This document shows positions 10,818-22,103 of a stretch of DNA of 64,000 nucleotides, in pieces (position 1 is the first letter of the stretch; each line of letters starts with the position of its first letter). The DNA comes from a virus (Duplodnaviria > Caudoviricetes). The position numbers were made by a program, and so were the translations under genes. Location: IMG/VR virus record IMGVR_UViG_2811995040_000001, positions 13,275-77,274 of that record; one strand, 5' to 3'. The notes beneath the pieces were generated by a model. That model was not told the origin of the DNA, made no database searches, and was given only the letters and a program-made list of their open reading frames with translations.

Positions 10818-11089
10818 ATTTTATTTCCTTTTATATTATTAATATCAAAAATACAGCAGCTATTAATTTCTTTTAAAAAGATACCTCACATCATCTCACT
10901 AGCATCCATCCAGTGCTGATACTTAAATATCCTCAAGGTTTTAATATCTTTAATGCAACGCTTTCAATCATATTTAGGACACATTCCATTTAGTCTGCTG
11001 ATTATTCACACATAGTTTCATACGGGACTCAGCTCCTCCTTCCTGGTATTCCATTTTCATGCAGATTTCACTTCCCGGTAATTTCCCCA

Positions 11090-11136
11090 TTGACTGCTCC
11101 CCGCCCTGAAGGACAGGGATTCCCGGAGGCATTTTG
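11090..11136 (-). mobile_element. 47-bp IS605-derived micro-element (12-nt left end plus right-end hairpin)
   Basis: Minus strand TCAT|CAAAATGCCTCC-GGGAATCCCTGTCCTTCAGGGCGGGGAGCAGTCAA; both parts match the ends of 5969-7259. Confidence 0.8.
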
Positions 11137-11188
11137 ATGATTGCCGGAGCCGGGTTTCACTTCGTGATGCCTGCAGGAAACTTTCTGT

Positions 11189-12301
11189 TTAACGCCCCTC
11201 GCCAGGATTGTTTAACAGGTTCATACTGAACGCCAGATTTTCGGCATTCCATTCTCCACCATCCACAGGGGATGCCATGAACTTACTAAATGTGGTAAAC
11301 CCGGTCACATCCGCCCTTCGCTCGGTGATAGTCTCCACCGGCAGCTGTGTTGTACCTTCGGTTATCTGATAACGCAGCCGGTTTTCCGGCGCTATAGAGT
11401 CACGATAAACTACATTCAGCGCCACGCCCAGTATCGCCTTCCCTGTACTGTCCGGCAGCTCAAACGTCACGCTGGCCGGTTGCGCCACCGGCTTCACCGC
11501 CAGCACCCCCATATCATTATTCGGGTCCAGCGTGTTCAGTGCAGTGACAATATCCTCACCGTGAGTGTTGCTGTGCCGGTCCCCCTCGTAAGAGGCTACT
11601 TTAAATGGCTCCAGCGTAAGATTACCCAGCAGATGCGGCGTTACCGTGTGGTCGCTGTTATAATCCAGTTGAGCAATATAAATATCTCCGACCATAAAGC
11701 TGAAACCATCCTCTTTCACCGGGCTGAATACTGACCCGACCGTCAGTGCAAGAGGGTATTCACCGTGACTGCCAGCCATTGTCAAAGTAAGGTTTTCCAC
11801 AGGCTGGCGGCTGACATACACCTGTACAGTTGCATTTACCCCCTGACTGTCCGTGCTTATTACCAGCTCATAGTACGCGCTGGTTTCCTCCGTTGCTGTT
11901 CTGACACTATTCACCCTTGTGGGCGCAGTCCCATTTCTTGGTATCGATAACATAGTAGTGTTCACCTGCGAGAGTACTACCGGCTTCTGACTCAGGCGGA
12001 AACCTACCTGTATGGCCTGCGCCTTCAGATCCAGCATTCGGGGGAGCAGTTCCAGCGTGCATGTTGCTGCAGACATGTTTTTTTCTGTCTGCGCCTGCAG
12101 GCCATAAAATGTATTGCCCTGCACCATCATACTGCCTGTCCGGATAACCGACTTTCCTGGCACAATGTCCCTGAAAGCAGTAATGCCGCACCGTTTCAGG
12201 GCCTCCACCGGCTCCCCGGTAATCTCACCAGGCGTTATCTGTTTAAATCCGACCAGCGTTCTGATGTCCAGTACTGTCAGGGGATTAACTGTATTCGTCA
12301 A
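11189..12301 (-). CDS. Hypothetical phage protein, probably tail-associated
   Basis: 370-aa ORF co-oriented with the tail operon; no recognised motif. Confidence 0.55.
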   Translation of the reverse strand: MTNTVNPLTVLDIRTLVGFKQITPGEITGEPVEALKRCGITAFRDIVPGKSVIRTGSMMVQGNTFYGLQAQTEKNMSAATCTLELLPRMLDLKAQAIQVGFRLSQKPVVLSQVNTTMLSIPRNGTAPTRVNSVRTATEETSAYYELVISTDSQGVNATVQVYVSRQPVENLTLTMAGSHGEYPLALTVGSVFSPVKEDGFSFMVGDIYIAQLDYNSDHTVTPHLLGNLTLEPFKVASYEGDRHSNTHGEDIVTALNTLDPNNDMGVLAVKPVAQPASVTFELPDSTGKAILGVALNVVYRDSIAPENRLRYQITEGTTQLPVETITERRADVTGFTTFSKFMASPVDGGEWNAENLAFSMNLLNNPGEGR

Positions 12302-12302
12302 C

Positions 12303-12560
12303 TCACACCTCTTTTGTCACTAAAAGAAAACCGTGGAGACTTTTCACCGGTTTAACCAGTGTGTCCCCACCACTCAGGACCACTCCACCGACAGTCCTGA
12401 CGGGCACGTTAAGCATAAGCCCTCTGCTGACGGCCTCTCCCCGCAGAGACCTGACCACCACCGATAATCCTGCGTTCTGCATCACCGAGCCATACACTTG
12501 CCTGACGGAAATGAAGGTATCAGGGGTATACCGGTTACCGCTGAGCAGTAACATAAACAT
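12303..12560 (-). CDS. Hypothetical phage protein
   Basis: 85 aa, strong AAGGAGG RBS, abuts the downstream ORF. Confidence 0.55.
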   Translation of the reverse strand: MFMLLLSGNRYTPDTFISVRQVYGSVMQNAGLSVVVRSLRGEAVSRGLMLNVPVRTVGGVVLSGGDTLVKPVKSLHGFLLVTKEV

Positions 12561-12595
12561 ACTGACCTCCTTATGTGTCCTGCTTGTGATTTAAT

Positions 12596-13728
<1,133 letters not shown>

Positions 13729-13729
13729 T

Positions 13730-13912
13730 ATGAAGACCATCATTTACGATTACAGCTCTGAATTTCCTGACTGTGGCGTACTGGCAGACCTCCCTGACGG
13801 GGAAGGGGTTTTCTTTAATACATTTGATGACTTTATGTCGTTTGTGGATGATGAGTTTTCTGATGTGCAGCTCGTTCCCCTGTTTGAGGAGGGCGAAAAT
13901 GAGTACATCTGA
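13730..13912 (+). CDS. Small acidic hypothetical protein
   Basis: 60 aa, starts 1 bp after the recombinase stop and overlaps the rep start. Confidence 0.5.
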   Translation: MKTIIYDYSSEFPDCGVLADLPDGEGVFFNTFDDFMSFVDDEFSDVQLVPLFEEGENEYI

Positions 13913-15044
13913 CAACATGGTGCGTGTTGATGCGCTGTCTTTCTCTTTCAGCATTTCATATATGCGTGACCTTTCGAAATGGTATGAGTTTAGCAGAGCA
14001 TCAGGCTATAACGGTGTTCTCCCTGAATTTCCGGTTCCGCCCTCACAGACTGATTTCAGAACCGGATTAACCCTGTCATCAGATGTGTATCAGCGTTTAC
14101 TGGATGATTACTATCAGGAGTATTACAACGCGGTTTACTCGCGCATTTTCCTTTTTTTCGACCGAATTTTCGGACTGTCAGTGGGACCGGTGCGTTCCCG
14201 TGGTATGCAGGGCTATACCCATTCCTGCCGTCTGTTTTCATCGGATGGTCAGCATGAATGCGGCTGGCTGATGTTTGGTGGGGCTAATCAGAAAGATACC
14301 GCGCATGTGCAGCTCTCCGGCGTGGGGTGTCGTCATCTGTTTATGAACATCACGCCGTATCTTCTCTGGAATACGCTTAAGGGTCTGGGGGTGACGCGCC
14401 TGTCACGTGTTGACCTGTGTTTTGATGACTTTACCGGAAATTTCGGTACAGCCTATGCACTGACGGCTTACAAGGACAGGGCTTTTCTCACGGGTAAAGG
14501 TGGTCGTGTTCAGGAACTTGATGTTCGCAGGCCTCTGGCGGGTGAGTCACTCAAAGGTGACACGGTATACATTGGAAAACGTAAATCCTGTATTTACTGG
14601 CGAATTTACGATAAGGCTCTTGAACAAAAAATTGAAGGTGTTTCCTGGTATCGCTCAGAAGTGGAATTAAAAAAAGTCACTGTTGATGTACTTTCTGATG
14701 TTGACGCATTTTTTGCGGGTATTTGTGATTATTCTGCCTCTCTGTTGAGTGGTCATATTGAGCATATACGCAAGCTCCCGCGCGATGAACGCCAGAAAAT
14801 GAAAAACCTCCTGCCCTGCCTTGAATTACTGGGAAGGATAAAGCGAGTCCGTCGCCAGTTCGGAAAAATAGCGTCTGAGGTGCTGGATATTTTCGATGGT
14901 GATACTGGTGCAGTCTTCGGTCTGCTTGCCAGTGATGAGGCAATAAATAAATTTAATCTGGGTGAATACCAGCGTTCTCTTAAACAGGGTGGCGTGATAT
15001 TCAGCCATTCCCGACAGAAACAACGTTTATATGGAGTAAATTAA
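13899..15044 (+). CDS. Rolling-circle replication initiator (Rep_trans / RstA-like)
   Basis: LSRVDLCFDD, TVYIGKRKS..WRIYDKALEQ and WYRSEVELK; GAGGAGG RBS upstream of 13899. Confidence 0.88.
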   Translation: MSTSDNMVRVDALSFSFSISYMRDLSKWYEFSRASGYNGVLPEFPVPPSQTDFRTGLTLSSDVYQRLLDDYYQEYYNAVYSRIFLFFDRIFGLSVGPVRSRGMQGYTHSCRLFSSDGQHECGWLMFGGANQKDTAHVQLSGVGCRHLFMNITPYLLWNTLKGLGVTRLSRVDLCFDDFTGNFGTAYALTAYKDRAFLTGKGGRVQELDVRRPLAGESLKGDTVYIGKRKSCIYWRIYDKALEQKIEGVSWYRSEVELKKVTVDVLSDVDAFFAGICDYSASLLSGHIEHIRKLPRDERQKMKNLLPCLELLGRIKRVRRQFGKIASEVLDIFDGDTGAVFGLLASDEAINKFNLGEYQRSLKQGGVIFSHSRQKQRLYGVN

Positions 15045-15046
15045 TT

Positions 15047-15367
15047 ATGCAGACCGGTTATATTTTTCGTGGTATTTGCCTGGCAACCAGGGTGAAAGAA
15101 AGTTCTTTTGACGGAAAAGTCAACACCAGATATTTCCTGGGGGTAATGTCATCCGTTCGCAATGAATATGGTGTTGAAGACCAGAAAACTCAGGAATTCA
15201 GAATTCCAAACAGCAATGATTTCACTCAGGTGCTGAATTATTATAATTCGCTGAAAGGAAAAATGGTGGAGGTTTCCTTTGAGAACCGTGCTTATACGCT
15301 TGATGATGGTCGTAAAGGCTCTAATATCTTTGTGACAGGTGTTATTGAGGTTAAGCCGGAAAAATAA
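15047..15367 (+). CDS. ssDNA-binding protein (pV/RstB-like)
   Basis: 106 aa directly after rep; position and beta-rich composition. Confidence 0.6.
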   Translation: MQTGYIFRGICLATRVKESSFDGKVNTRYFLGVMSSVRNEYGVEDQKTQEFRIPNSNDFTQVLNYYNSLKGKMVEVSFENRAYTLDDGRKGSNIFVTGVIEVKPEK

Positions 15368-15391
15368 CATCTACACAACAGGATATTCTCT

Positions 15392-15616
15392 ATGACCGAA
15401 ATTAATAATGTCACAGGTAATATATGTGATGTAGTAACGGGTGTTTGCCATTCGGTAATCTTATCTATAAATTCAGTGCCTGTTACATTTGCTTCGTCTG
15501 GTACTGATTTTAAAGTATCTGCTGGTTATTTTGCTGCTGCCTTTATTCCTACGCTTAGTTTATGGCTGGTTGCAAAATCATCAGGGATAATACTGGAGTT
15601 TATACGCAGGTTATAA
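15392..15616 (+). CDS. Minor coat protein (pVII/pIX-like)
   Basis: 74 aa with a C-terminal TM helix, between ssb and the major coat gene. Confidence 0.55.
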   Translation: MTEINNVTGNICDVVTGVCHSVILSINSVPVTFASSGTDFKVSAGYFAAAFIPTLSLWLVAKSSGIILEFIRRL

Positions 15617-15651
15617 ACTCTTTCATTAAATATCATTTGAAAGGTTATCAT

Positions 15652-15876
15652 ATGTATAAATCAATATCTTCTCGCGTAATTATTCTATTAGCTTTTATTC
15701 TCTCTGCTATTTCTGTTCCCGCAATGGCTGCAGGACCGGATTTTACGTCACTGACTGATGCCGTAGATTTTTCTACTGTACAGACAGCTATTCTTGCTAT
15801 TGCTGCATTAGTTGCTGGCGTTTATGTCCTGATTTCTGGTGTTAAGAAAGTACTGAGTGCTATCAAATCTGCATAA
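15652..15876 (+). CDS. Major coat protein pVIII
   Basis: Signal peptide ending AMA, acidic N-terminus, TM helix and basic tail VKKVLSAIKSA; terminator follows at 15889-15918. Confidence 0.85.
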   Translation: MYKSISSRVIILLAFILSAISVPAMAAGPDFTSLTDAVDFSTVQTAILAIAALVAGVYVLISGVKKVLSAIKSA

Positions 15877-15918
15877 TTTATTCTGAATAAGGAGGGGGAG
15901 TTCTGCTCCCCTTTATTT

Positions 15919-15999
15919 ATGGCTGAACTGTGGAATATTGTCTTTTTTGCATGGGGTCTGTTATGCGCCTGGATCGTGGTTCGTGGTTTCGACGACTGA
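15919..15999 (+). CDS. 26-aa hydrophobic minor coat-like protein (not in the ORF track)
   Basis: MAELWNIVFFAWGLLCAWIVVRGFDD*. Confidence 0.5.
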   Translation: MAELWNIVFFAWGLLCAWIVVRGFDD

Positions 16000-17645
16000 C
16001 GGTTTATTATCTTTGCTTCTGCGTCGTTTTCGTATCTTTTCCGCGCAGAACTGAAGCTGCGTTTCCCCTTGCTATCCCTATAGTGATGGCGGCTGTACCT
16101 GCCGGAACGACTTCACTTTCTGCCATCAGTGGTGTGACACTGAGTTATATTGCTTATACCCTGGGGATTACTGCTGTGGCCACGACGGCAGCAGGTGTTG
16201 CTCTTGAATATAATGGCAGAACGTCATCCAGCACAGGAGCAAATCTTCGTCAGGATGGTATTCCTGTAGCGGGTTCTACGATGATCTCGATGGGCGTGAC
16301 TAAGCCTTCTGACTGGGATATGCCTTACCATGGTGGGCGTCTGGTTAATGTGACGTCATCTTCTCAAATGGCATCAATTGCGCCGGGTCTTATAAATTCA
16401 CCCTCGTTATATTCTCCACCGTCATTACTTAATCCTGTCCCTGTTTATATTCCACCTAAGCCAGTTATCAGTTATCCGTCTGCGCCGTCAGGGGTTAAGT
16501 TTACGTCCTATCCGGGAGGTGTTTATAATATTAAATCAAACATAATTTCCGATGATATTAATCCGGATAATCTGAATTATATTTCTGCATCAGATATCAG
16601 TGAACTTGCCAGTTTTATTCTTGCCAATAATAAAACAAAAACAGACTATGCCTTTGAACGTATCCGTGGTGGTTATAGTGCATTATATAATGGTGGCAGA
16701 ATAAACGACCACGGTGTTTATCGTGATGGTTATGCCTGCGGTGATTTACTTCCACCTCTTGATTATCCCCAGATAATCAGCACTGTTACATCTTCTTCTC
16801 AGACCGGGCGGTATATGATTGACGGCTCTGTTAAAACACTGCCAGCGTTATCGCATATTCAGATTTATGTACCTGCTGTGAGTTATAGCTGTTTTCTTCC
16901 TCAGTCTGTTGGAGGGTTAACCAGTATCAGTAACTCTGTTGGTTCAACTACTATTGCTGATATTACTGTTTCCCCTAATCCGTCATTCATTGATATTTCC
17001 GGCAGTAATCAGGATGTAGACAATCCCCAGCTTTTACCTCCTCTGGGTCAGGTTGCTGGTATTCAGGAGGATTTTAAATATCGTTATTTAACACCTGCTC
17101 AGATAGCTTCCTTTATCAATACAGCATGGCAGCAGGCATCGGCAAGGGAAGGTTATAAAGGAATTCCTTATTCATCTTCCATTGCTGCCACGCCTCAGCT
17201 TATTAAAGATATTATGGATGCGCGGGGAATGTCTTTGTCTCTGTCCTCACTCTTTGAGCCTGTAGGTAAAGCCGGGTACTGGGATATTCCGGTTTATAAC
17301 ATCACTTTAAATCAGTATGTCAGCATTACTAATATTGAAGCCGATCCGGTTATTGATTTTGGCCCGAACCCGGGGGTTACGGCTCCCGAACTGGCACCTT
17401 CTGCGGGTTTCGAAAAACCTCTGGGACCGATTTTTAATATCATGCCTTTTATGAGGGAACTAAAACTCCCGCATAAAGCGTCTTTCTGTCCGACTTTTAG
17501 CTATGACATTCCGCTAATAAACATCAGCGGGAAATTTGATGCCCACTGCCGCATATTATCTCCCCTGACACCCCTTATCTCGCAGATTTTCGTGATTACC
17601 TGGACGCTGCTGGCGCTGTTTATCGTCCTGAGAAGGAAAGGATAA
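15963..17645 (+). CDS. pIII-like adsorption protein 1
   Basis: Signal peptide, YKGIPY, Pro-rich GPNPG..APEL linker, Cys pair and C-terminal TM; start uncertain. Confidence 0.7.
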   Translation: MRLDRGSWFRRLTVYYLCFCVVFVSFPRRTEAAFPLAIPIVMAAVPAGTTSLSAISGVTLSYIAYTLGITAVATTAAGVALEYNGRTSSSTGANLRQDGIPVAGSTMISMGVTKPSDWDMPYHGGRLVNVTSSSQMASIAPGLINSPSLYSPPSLLNPVPVYIPPKPVISYPSAPSGVKFTSYPGGVYNIKSNIISDDINPDNLNYISASDISELASFILANNKTKTDYAFERIRGGYSALYNGGRINDHGVYRDGYACGDLLPPLDYPQIISTVTSSSQTGRYMIDGSVKTLPALSHIQIYVPAVSYSCFLPQSVGGLTSISNSVGSTTIADITVSPNPSFIDISGSNQDVDNPQLLPPLGQVAGIQEDFKYRYLTPAQIASFINTAWQQASAREGYKGIPYSSSIAATPQLIKDIMDARGMSLSLSSLFEPVGKAGYWDIPVYNITLNQYVSITNIEADPVIDFGPNPGVTAPELAPSAGFEKPLGPIFNIMPFMRELKLPHKASFCPTFSYDIPLINISGKFDAHCRILSPLTPLISQIFVITWTLLALFIVLRRKG

Positions 17646-17708
17646 GATGAATTTTACTGATTCAGATGACTACTCAGAATTACGGTTATTAATGAGATTC
17701 GCCCGTAA

Positions 17709-17763
17709 CGCTCGCCACAGACAAGTGACCGAACGTAGTGAGCGAACGGTCGAGGAAGCGGAA
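17709..17763 (+). promoter_or_regulatory. Primosome assembly site (ssi/pas)-like sequence
   Basis: CGCTCGCC.CAG...GACCGA.CG.AG.GAG......CGAGGAAGCGGAA resembles the recalled ColE1-type pas. Confidence 0.55.
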
Positions 17764-17838
17764 TTTCACCGGAACTGGCAGGGGAACGCCGTACGCCCTT
17801 TTTTTTCATATGGAATAAGAAATAAGTATTGTTGCGCA

Positions 17839-19347
17839 ATGATGATCTGGTCTTTTTTATTCTTTCCGGCGTTCGCCGTCGCATCTCCGGTAAATGGAGG
17901 TGTCCTCGGTGCGTCCGGGAACATACATGAGGTATTGTCTGTGGTCATGTCCGTAAGGGTGAATGATATTATTGCCCGTGAGACTGAGGACGGAAATGAT
18001 GTGCTACCTGATGCTTATCCTGAAACTGTCAGGGGCGTTTCTTTGTCGCTGACGGGTATGGTTAATCTTTCGGAATACAGCAGATATAACGGGAGGTCAT
18101 GGGCTAACATATTTCTCAGCTCTCACAACCTCTCGGCATCATTCTTTGACTCGCCTGATGTTTCTTTCGGCTGGGGAGGTAAAAGTTGTCAGGGGGTGCT
18201 TAATTGGGCAGTAGCAGGTTATCCTCAGTTTAATGCCAGTTTAACTAATCCGGTTCCCGAAATTAATGGTGTATGTAAGCAGTCCCCTTATCATGCCACG
18301 CCGGGCGCTTATTTTTCCTCGCGTGCGGGCAATGTATATTCCATGCGTTATCAGGATGGATATATTAACGGATATACATTTAATGATGTTGTAAATTACT
18401 TTAATGAGGTATATCGCGCTGCTCTTTATCGTCAATATGAGAAAAGCTTTCAGGATTTCATTAATAAATATCCGCTATGTTCATCGTTTAACCTTGACAT
18501 ACAAGATAAGGATGAAATAAAAGAATCGGGGCAAAACTACGCTTATAATATAAACGGTCAGTCTGTTTCCCTGATGAGTTCTTATAAAGTTAAGCTTTCA
18601 AGCCCGTTTACAGAATCCTGTACTTTGAATGACCGTCCTGTTACTGAAAAAGGGGGGGATTTCCCTCTTGTTGATACTTCTGTTTTTGTTAATGCGCCTG
18701 TTTTTGAGAATGGAATGGTTAACAACTTTATTCCTGATATATTTAACGGGAGAGATGCTTTGCTTTTAAATTCATATATGTCATCTATGTCTCGAAAAAT
18801 CATTCCGGCACTGGCTTTTTCAACACTGCTGAATATGGCGTGGTCTGAGGCTTCAGCTTCGCCAAATTATAAAGGTATACCGTATTCAGAAAGTTACCGT
18901 ATTACTGAATCTGATGTTATGTCAGTGATGAATAACCGCAATGTTAATCCTTCAGCGGCTGATGCCTATGCTCAGATACCCGATCAGGGTGTTTATCTGA
19001 TGTACTGGAGCGATACACATAATTCGTATGTCACTCAGGAGGTTTTTGACGCATCTAAAAAGGTTGAGGTTGATTTGGGACCTAATCCGGGAACTGAAGC
19101 GCCTGAACTTGTTCAGGGGGCGCTGTCTGATGCCCTTAATCCACTTTTTAATGTGATGCCATTCCTGAAAAATTTCCGTCTTGATCCTCATGCGTCGTCC
19201 TGTCCGGTGTGGACTTATCAGGTTTTTGGTCAGGCTATTCCAATGACTTCATTCTGTACACTGGCAGAGGATAACAGAGAGATGATTTCTTTATTCTTCA
19301 TTATTCAGTGGACGATTATTTCTCTTGTGATCATTGTGCGTACGTAA
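17839..19347 (+). CDS. pIII-like adsorption protein 2
   Basis: Signal peptide MMIWSFLFFPAFAVA; C-terminal ~200 aa paralogous to protein 1. Confidence 0.7.
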   Translation: MMIWSFLFFPAFAVASPVNGGVLGASGNIHEVLSVVMSVRVNDIIARETEDGNDVLPDAYPETVRGVSLSLTGMVNLSEYSRYNGRSWANIFLSSHNLSASFFDSPDVSFGWGGKSCQGVLNWAVAGYPQFNASLTNPVPEINGVCKQSPYHATPGAYFSSRAGNVYSMRYQDGYINGYTFNDVVNYFNEVYRAALYRQYEKSFQDFINKYPLCSSFNLDIQDKDEIKESGQNYAYNINGQSVSLMSSYKVKLSSPFTESCTLNDRPVTEKGGDFPLVDTSVFVNAPVFENGMVNNFIPDIFNGRDALLLNSYMSSMSRKIIPALAFSTLLNMAWSEASASPNYKGIPYSESYRITESDVMSVMNNRNVNPSAADAYAQIPDQGVYLMYWSDTHNSYVTQEVFDASKKVEVDLGPNPGTEAPELVQGALSDALNPLFNVMPFLKNFRLDPHASSCPVWTYQVFGQAIPMTSFCTLAEDNREMISLFFIIQWTIISLVIIVRT

Positions 19348-19357
19348 GGAGTTTTAT

Positions 19358-19648
19358 ATGCATGCGATTCTGATTTCAGCCTTTAATTCTGTACTCCGTT
19401 TTCTGCTTGGTCAGGCGACGATTAAATCCGTTATATTTATTGTGCTGACCTACCTTATATCAGAGATTATTTCCGTGGTTAATAAGCTCTTGCCGGACTC
19501 CACTAATCTGATTGCATTATTTAATTCACTGCCTTCTGAAGCGTGGTATTTCATTAATCTTGCTGAACTGCCTTACGGTCTGTCACTGATATTTTCATCA
19601 CTGCTGACCCGGTTTATTTTCGGGATGATCCCGGTTGTGGGGCACTGA
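19358..19648 (+). CDS. pVI-like membrane protein
   Basis: ~96-aa hydrophobic ORF between pIII and Zot. Confidence 0.7.
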   Translation: MHAILISAFNSVLRFLLGQATIKSVIFIVLTYLISEIISVVNKLLPDSTNLIALFNSLPSEAWYFINLAELPYGLSLIFSSLLTRFIFGMIPVVGH

Positions 19649-19658
19649 CGGGGGGGTT

Positions 19659-20759
19659 ATGGCTATTTCGGGTTACATTGGTCTTCCCGGTTCAGGGAAG
19701 TCATTTGAATGTGTTTCAAATGTGCTTTTACCTGCGGTTCAGGCAGGGCGACGGGTTATCACGAACATCATCGGCGTTAATCCTGATGTGATTTATGATT
19801 ATTGTGTTGATACCCTGAATCTCGATCGTGCTTCGCTGGGTGTTGTGGTCGTGGTTGACAGCAGGACCATGAAGCAGCGTGATTTTTTTCCTTACAAGAA
19901 TGCTAATGATGAAACGGTGACGGATACGTTCTGCCAGCCTGGTGATTTGATTATGGCAGATGAGGCATGGCGGCTCTGGCCTAAAGACAGCGATGTATGC
20001 ACTGAGCACCGCTCGTTCTTTGCGGAGCATCGCCATTTTACAAATTCTGTCGATGGAACATCCTGTGATTTTGTTTATATGACGCAAAGTCTTGCCACGG
20101 TTGCGCGTTATATTCGCGACCGACAGGATAAAACGTTTCGCATGAAAAAATTAACATCACTGGGGATTTCAACCCGTTACCGTGTCGATGTTTTTGAAGG
20201 GGCTAAAACGACAAAAGCGGCGTTAATTCAGCAGTATCAGTGTTCGTATAAAAAGCAAATATTTCCGTTATATAAATCTCATGATACTGAGAATGGTCAG
20301 GAAAAAGTTGTTGATAAACGCCAGTCTTTTCTTAATGGCCGTTTCTTCTTTCGTCATCTTTTTATTCCTTCTGTATTACTGACAATAGGGGGGTATTTCA
20401 TTTTTAATATTGCTCATAAATATATGTTGTCGCCGGAAGATAAAATGAAAACGGAACAATCATCTTCCGTTGTTCCTGTCCCTACTAATGTACTTCCTGT
20501 AGCCGTAACGGCAGAAAATCACATGGTATCAGCAGCATCAGCGCGTTCTTCGGTGTCATCCACATGGCGTATTGGGGGGCGTATGGTAAAAGATGACCTG
20601 TCATATGTAGTGCTGGTTAATGTAGATGGTCGTGTTCGTATGGAATTGCTGAATGGGTTTTCTTTTAACGGTTTGTATATGAGCGGATTTGTTGATGGTG
20701 AAAAAGTGACGGTATGGTCAGGTTCTTTGTCCGGCTCAGGTGCGGGGTTATTAAAATGA
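19659..20759 (+). CDS. Zot/pI assembly ATPase
   Basis: GLPGSGKS Walker A, ADEAW Walker B, EHRH, TQ and a TM segment. Confidence 0.92.
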   Translation: MAISGYIGLPGSGKSFECVSNVLLPAVQAGRRVITNIIGVNPDVIYDYCVDTLNLDRASLGVVVVVDSRTMKQRDFFPYKNANDETVTDTFCQPGDLIMADEAWRLWPKDSDVCTEHRSFFAEHRHFTNSVDGTSCDFVYMTQSLATVARYIRDRQDKTFRMKKLTSLGISTRYRVDVFEGAKTTKAALIQQYQCSYKKQIFPLYKSHDTENGQEKVVDKRQSFLNGRFFFRHLFIPSVLLTIGGYFIFNIAHKYMLSPEDKMKTEQSSSVVPVPTNVLPVAVTAENHMVSAASARSSVSSTWRIGGRMVKDDLSYVVLVNVDGRVRMELLNGFSFNGLYMSGFVDGEKVTVWSGSLSGSGAGLLK

Positions 20760-21994
20760 ATAAATATATTATGGTGTTATTATTACTGTTTTCAGCCAGG
20801 GTAATGTCTCAGGGTGTGACACTGGAATTAAACCGGGTAACGTTACCGGAAGTGATTCATATGTTGTACAGCGATGTGTTTAATCGCCCTTATATGCTCG
20901 CGCCTGAGCTTGCAGGGGATACGCGGATTCTGTCGTTGCGTATCACACCGGATGTGGATGAAAGGGCGTTTATAGAGCGTTATTTCGGGAATCTGGGAAT
21001 TAAAATATTTACCCGTGACGGGATTGATTATGTTGCACCAGTTATCAAAAAATCTACTGAACCTGCCAGGGAGGTTTTTGTCTACCGACCACGCTTTCGT
21101 TCTGTCGCGTATTTATCTGAACTGCTGAGAACCTTTGTGGAGGGGAATTTTAGCGCAACAGCTAACGGGGTGGGGGATTTTACTGTCACACCGGATAAAA
21201 TTAAACCGGGCACAGCAACGGATAACATTAATCGTACCGGGGATAAACTGGTGTTTTACGGTACACGTGAAAATATCCGGCGTATTGAAAGGATCCTGCC
21301 GGAAATCGATATTGCAGGGGATGAGGTTTTCGTAGGCGGTTATGTTTTTGAGGTACAGACGAAGGAGCAGAACGGCAGCGGGCTTGCACTGGCGGCGAAG
21401 TTGCTAAGCGGAAAAGTGAGTATCGGCATGGGTAATCTGTCGGGAGGTTATGAAAACTTTATCCGTATTGGGGGATCGTCACTCGATGCCATGTATGAGC
21501 TTTTCAGGACAGACAGCCGCTTTAAGGTGGTCAGTTCTCCGCGGCTTCGGGTTAAGAGTGGATATTCCGCGACATTTTCCGTTGGTCAGGAAGTGCCTGT
21601 ATTATCTGGCGTTGAACACAATAATAATTCGTCGTATCAGTCTGTTGAATATCGATCTTCCGGGGTTATCCTCGATGTGCAGCCGGAGGTACACGGCGAT
21701 GTAACGGACGTGAAGATAAAGCAGCAACTGAGTAATTTTGTGCAGACTGAAACGGGCGTCAATAATTCACCGACACTGATTAAGCGTGAAGTGGAAACGT
21801 TTGTTTCGGTTAAGTCCGGTGACATTATCCTGCTCGGTGGACTTGCTGAGACAAAGAACTCTGACAGTAAGACCGGCTTTTCATTTCTGCCGCGTTCGTG
21901 GATGTCTTCATCGGATGAGAACAACAAAACAGACATACTGATACTTTTGCAGGTTCGGTCAGAGTCCCCAGTGAAAAAGATGCTAAAGAAATAA
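20756..21994 (+). CDS. pIV secretin
   Basis: SSPRLRVKSG..A.FSVGQEVP, VEYRSSGVIL.V.P and GDIILLGGL. Confidence 0.9.
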   Translation: MNKYIMVLLLLFSARVMSQGVTLELNRVTLPEVIHMLYSDVFNRPYMLAPELAGDTRILSLRITPDVDERAFIERYFGNLGIKIFTRDGIDYVAPVIKKSTEPAREVFVYRPRFRSVAYLSELLRTFVEGNFSATANGVGDFTVTPDKIKPGTATDNINRTGDKLVFYGTRENIRRIERILPEIDIAGDEVFVGGYVFEVQTKEQNGSGLALAAKLLSGKVSIGMGNLSGGYENFIRIGGSSLDAMYELFRTDSRFKVVSSPRLRVKSGYSATFSVGQEVPVLSGVEHNNNSSYQSVEYRSSGVILDVQPEVHGDVTDVKIKQQLSNFVQTETGVNNSPTLIKREVETFVSVKSGDIILLGGLAETKNSDSKTGFSFLPRSWMSSSDENNKTDILILLQVRSESPVKKMLKK

Positions 21995-22003
21995 GGTAAT
22001 TAG

Positions 22004-22103
22004 TGCAGGATTGAACGAAATCGTCGGGCAGATCCTGCATGTAAAATTGTATCTTTTGTTGTGCGTGGCATTAGTTGACGTTTGTCTGCGTGGCTACGTC
22101 AAC
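22004..22103 (+). other. Two hairpins after gene IV (packaging-signal or terminator-like)
   Basis: TGCAGGAT/ATCCTGCA and GTTGACGT/ACGTCAAC inverted repeats. Confidence 0.4.

Noticed and set aside
15963-19347. Shufflon or DGR switching between the two pIII genes
   Set aside because: Both genes are co-oriented and full length. No inverted recombination sites, reverse transcriptase or near-identical template/variable repeats were seen.
19659-20759. Zot as an enterotoxin
   Set aside because: Context indicates the pI assembly ATPase; no evidence for toxin activity from sequence alone.
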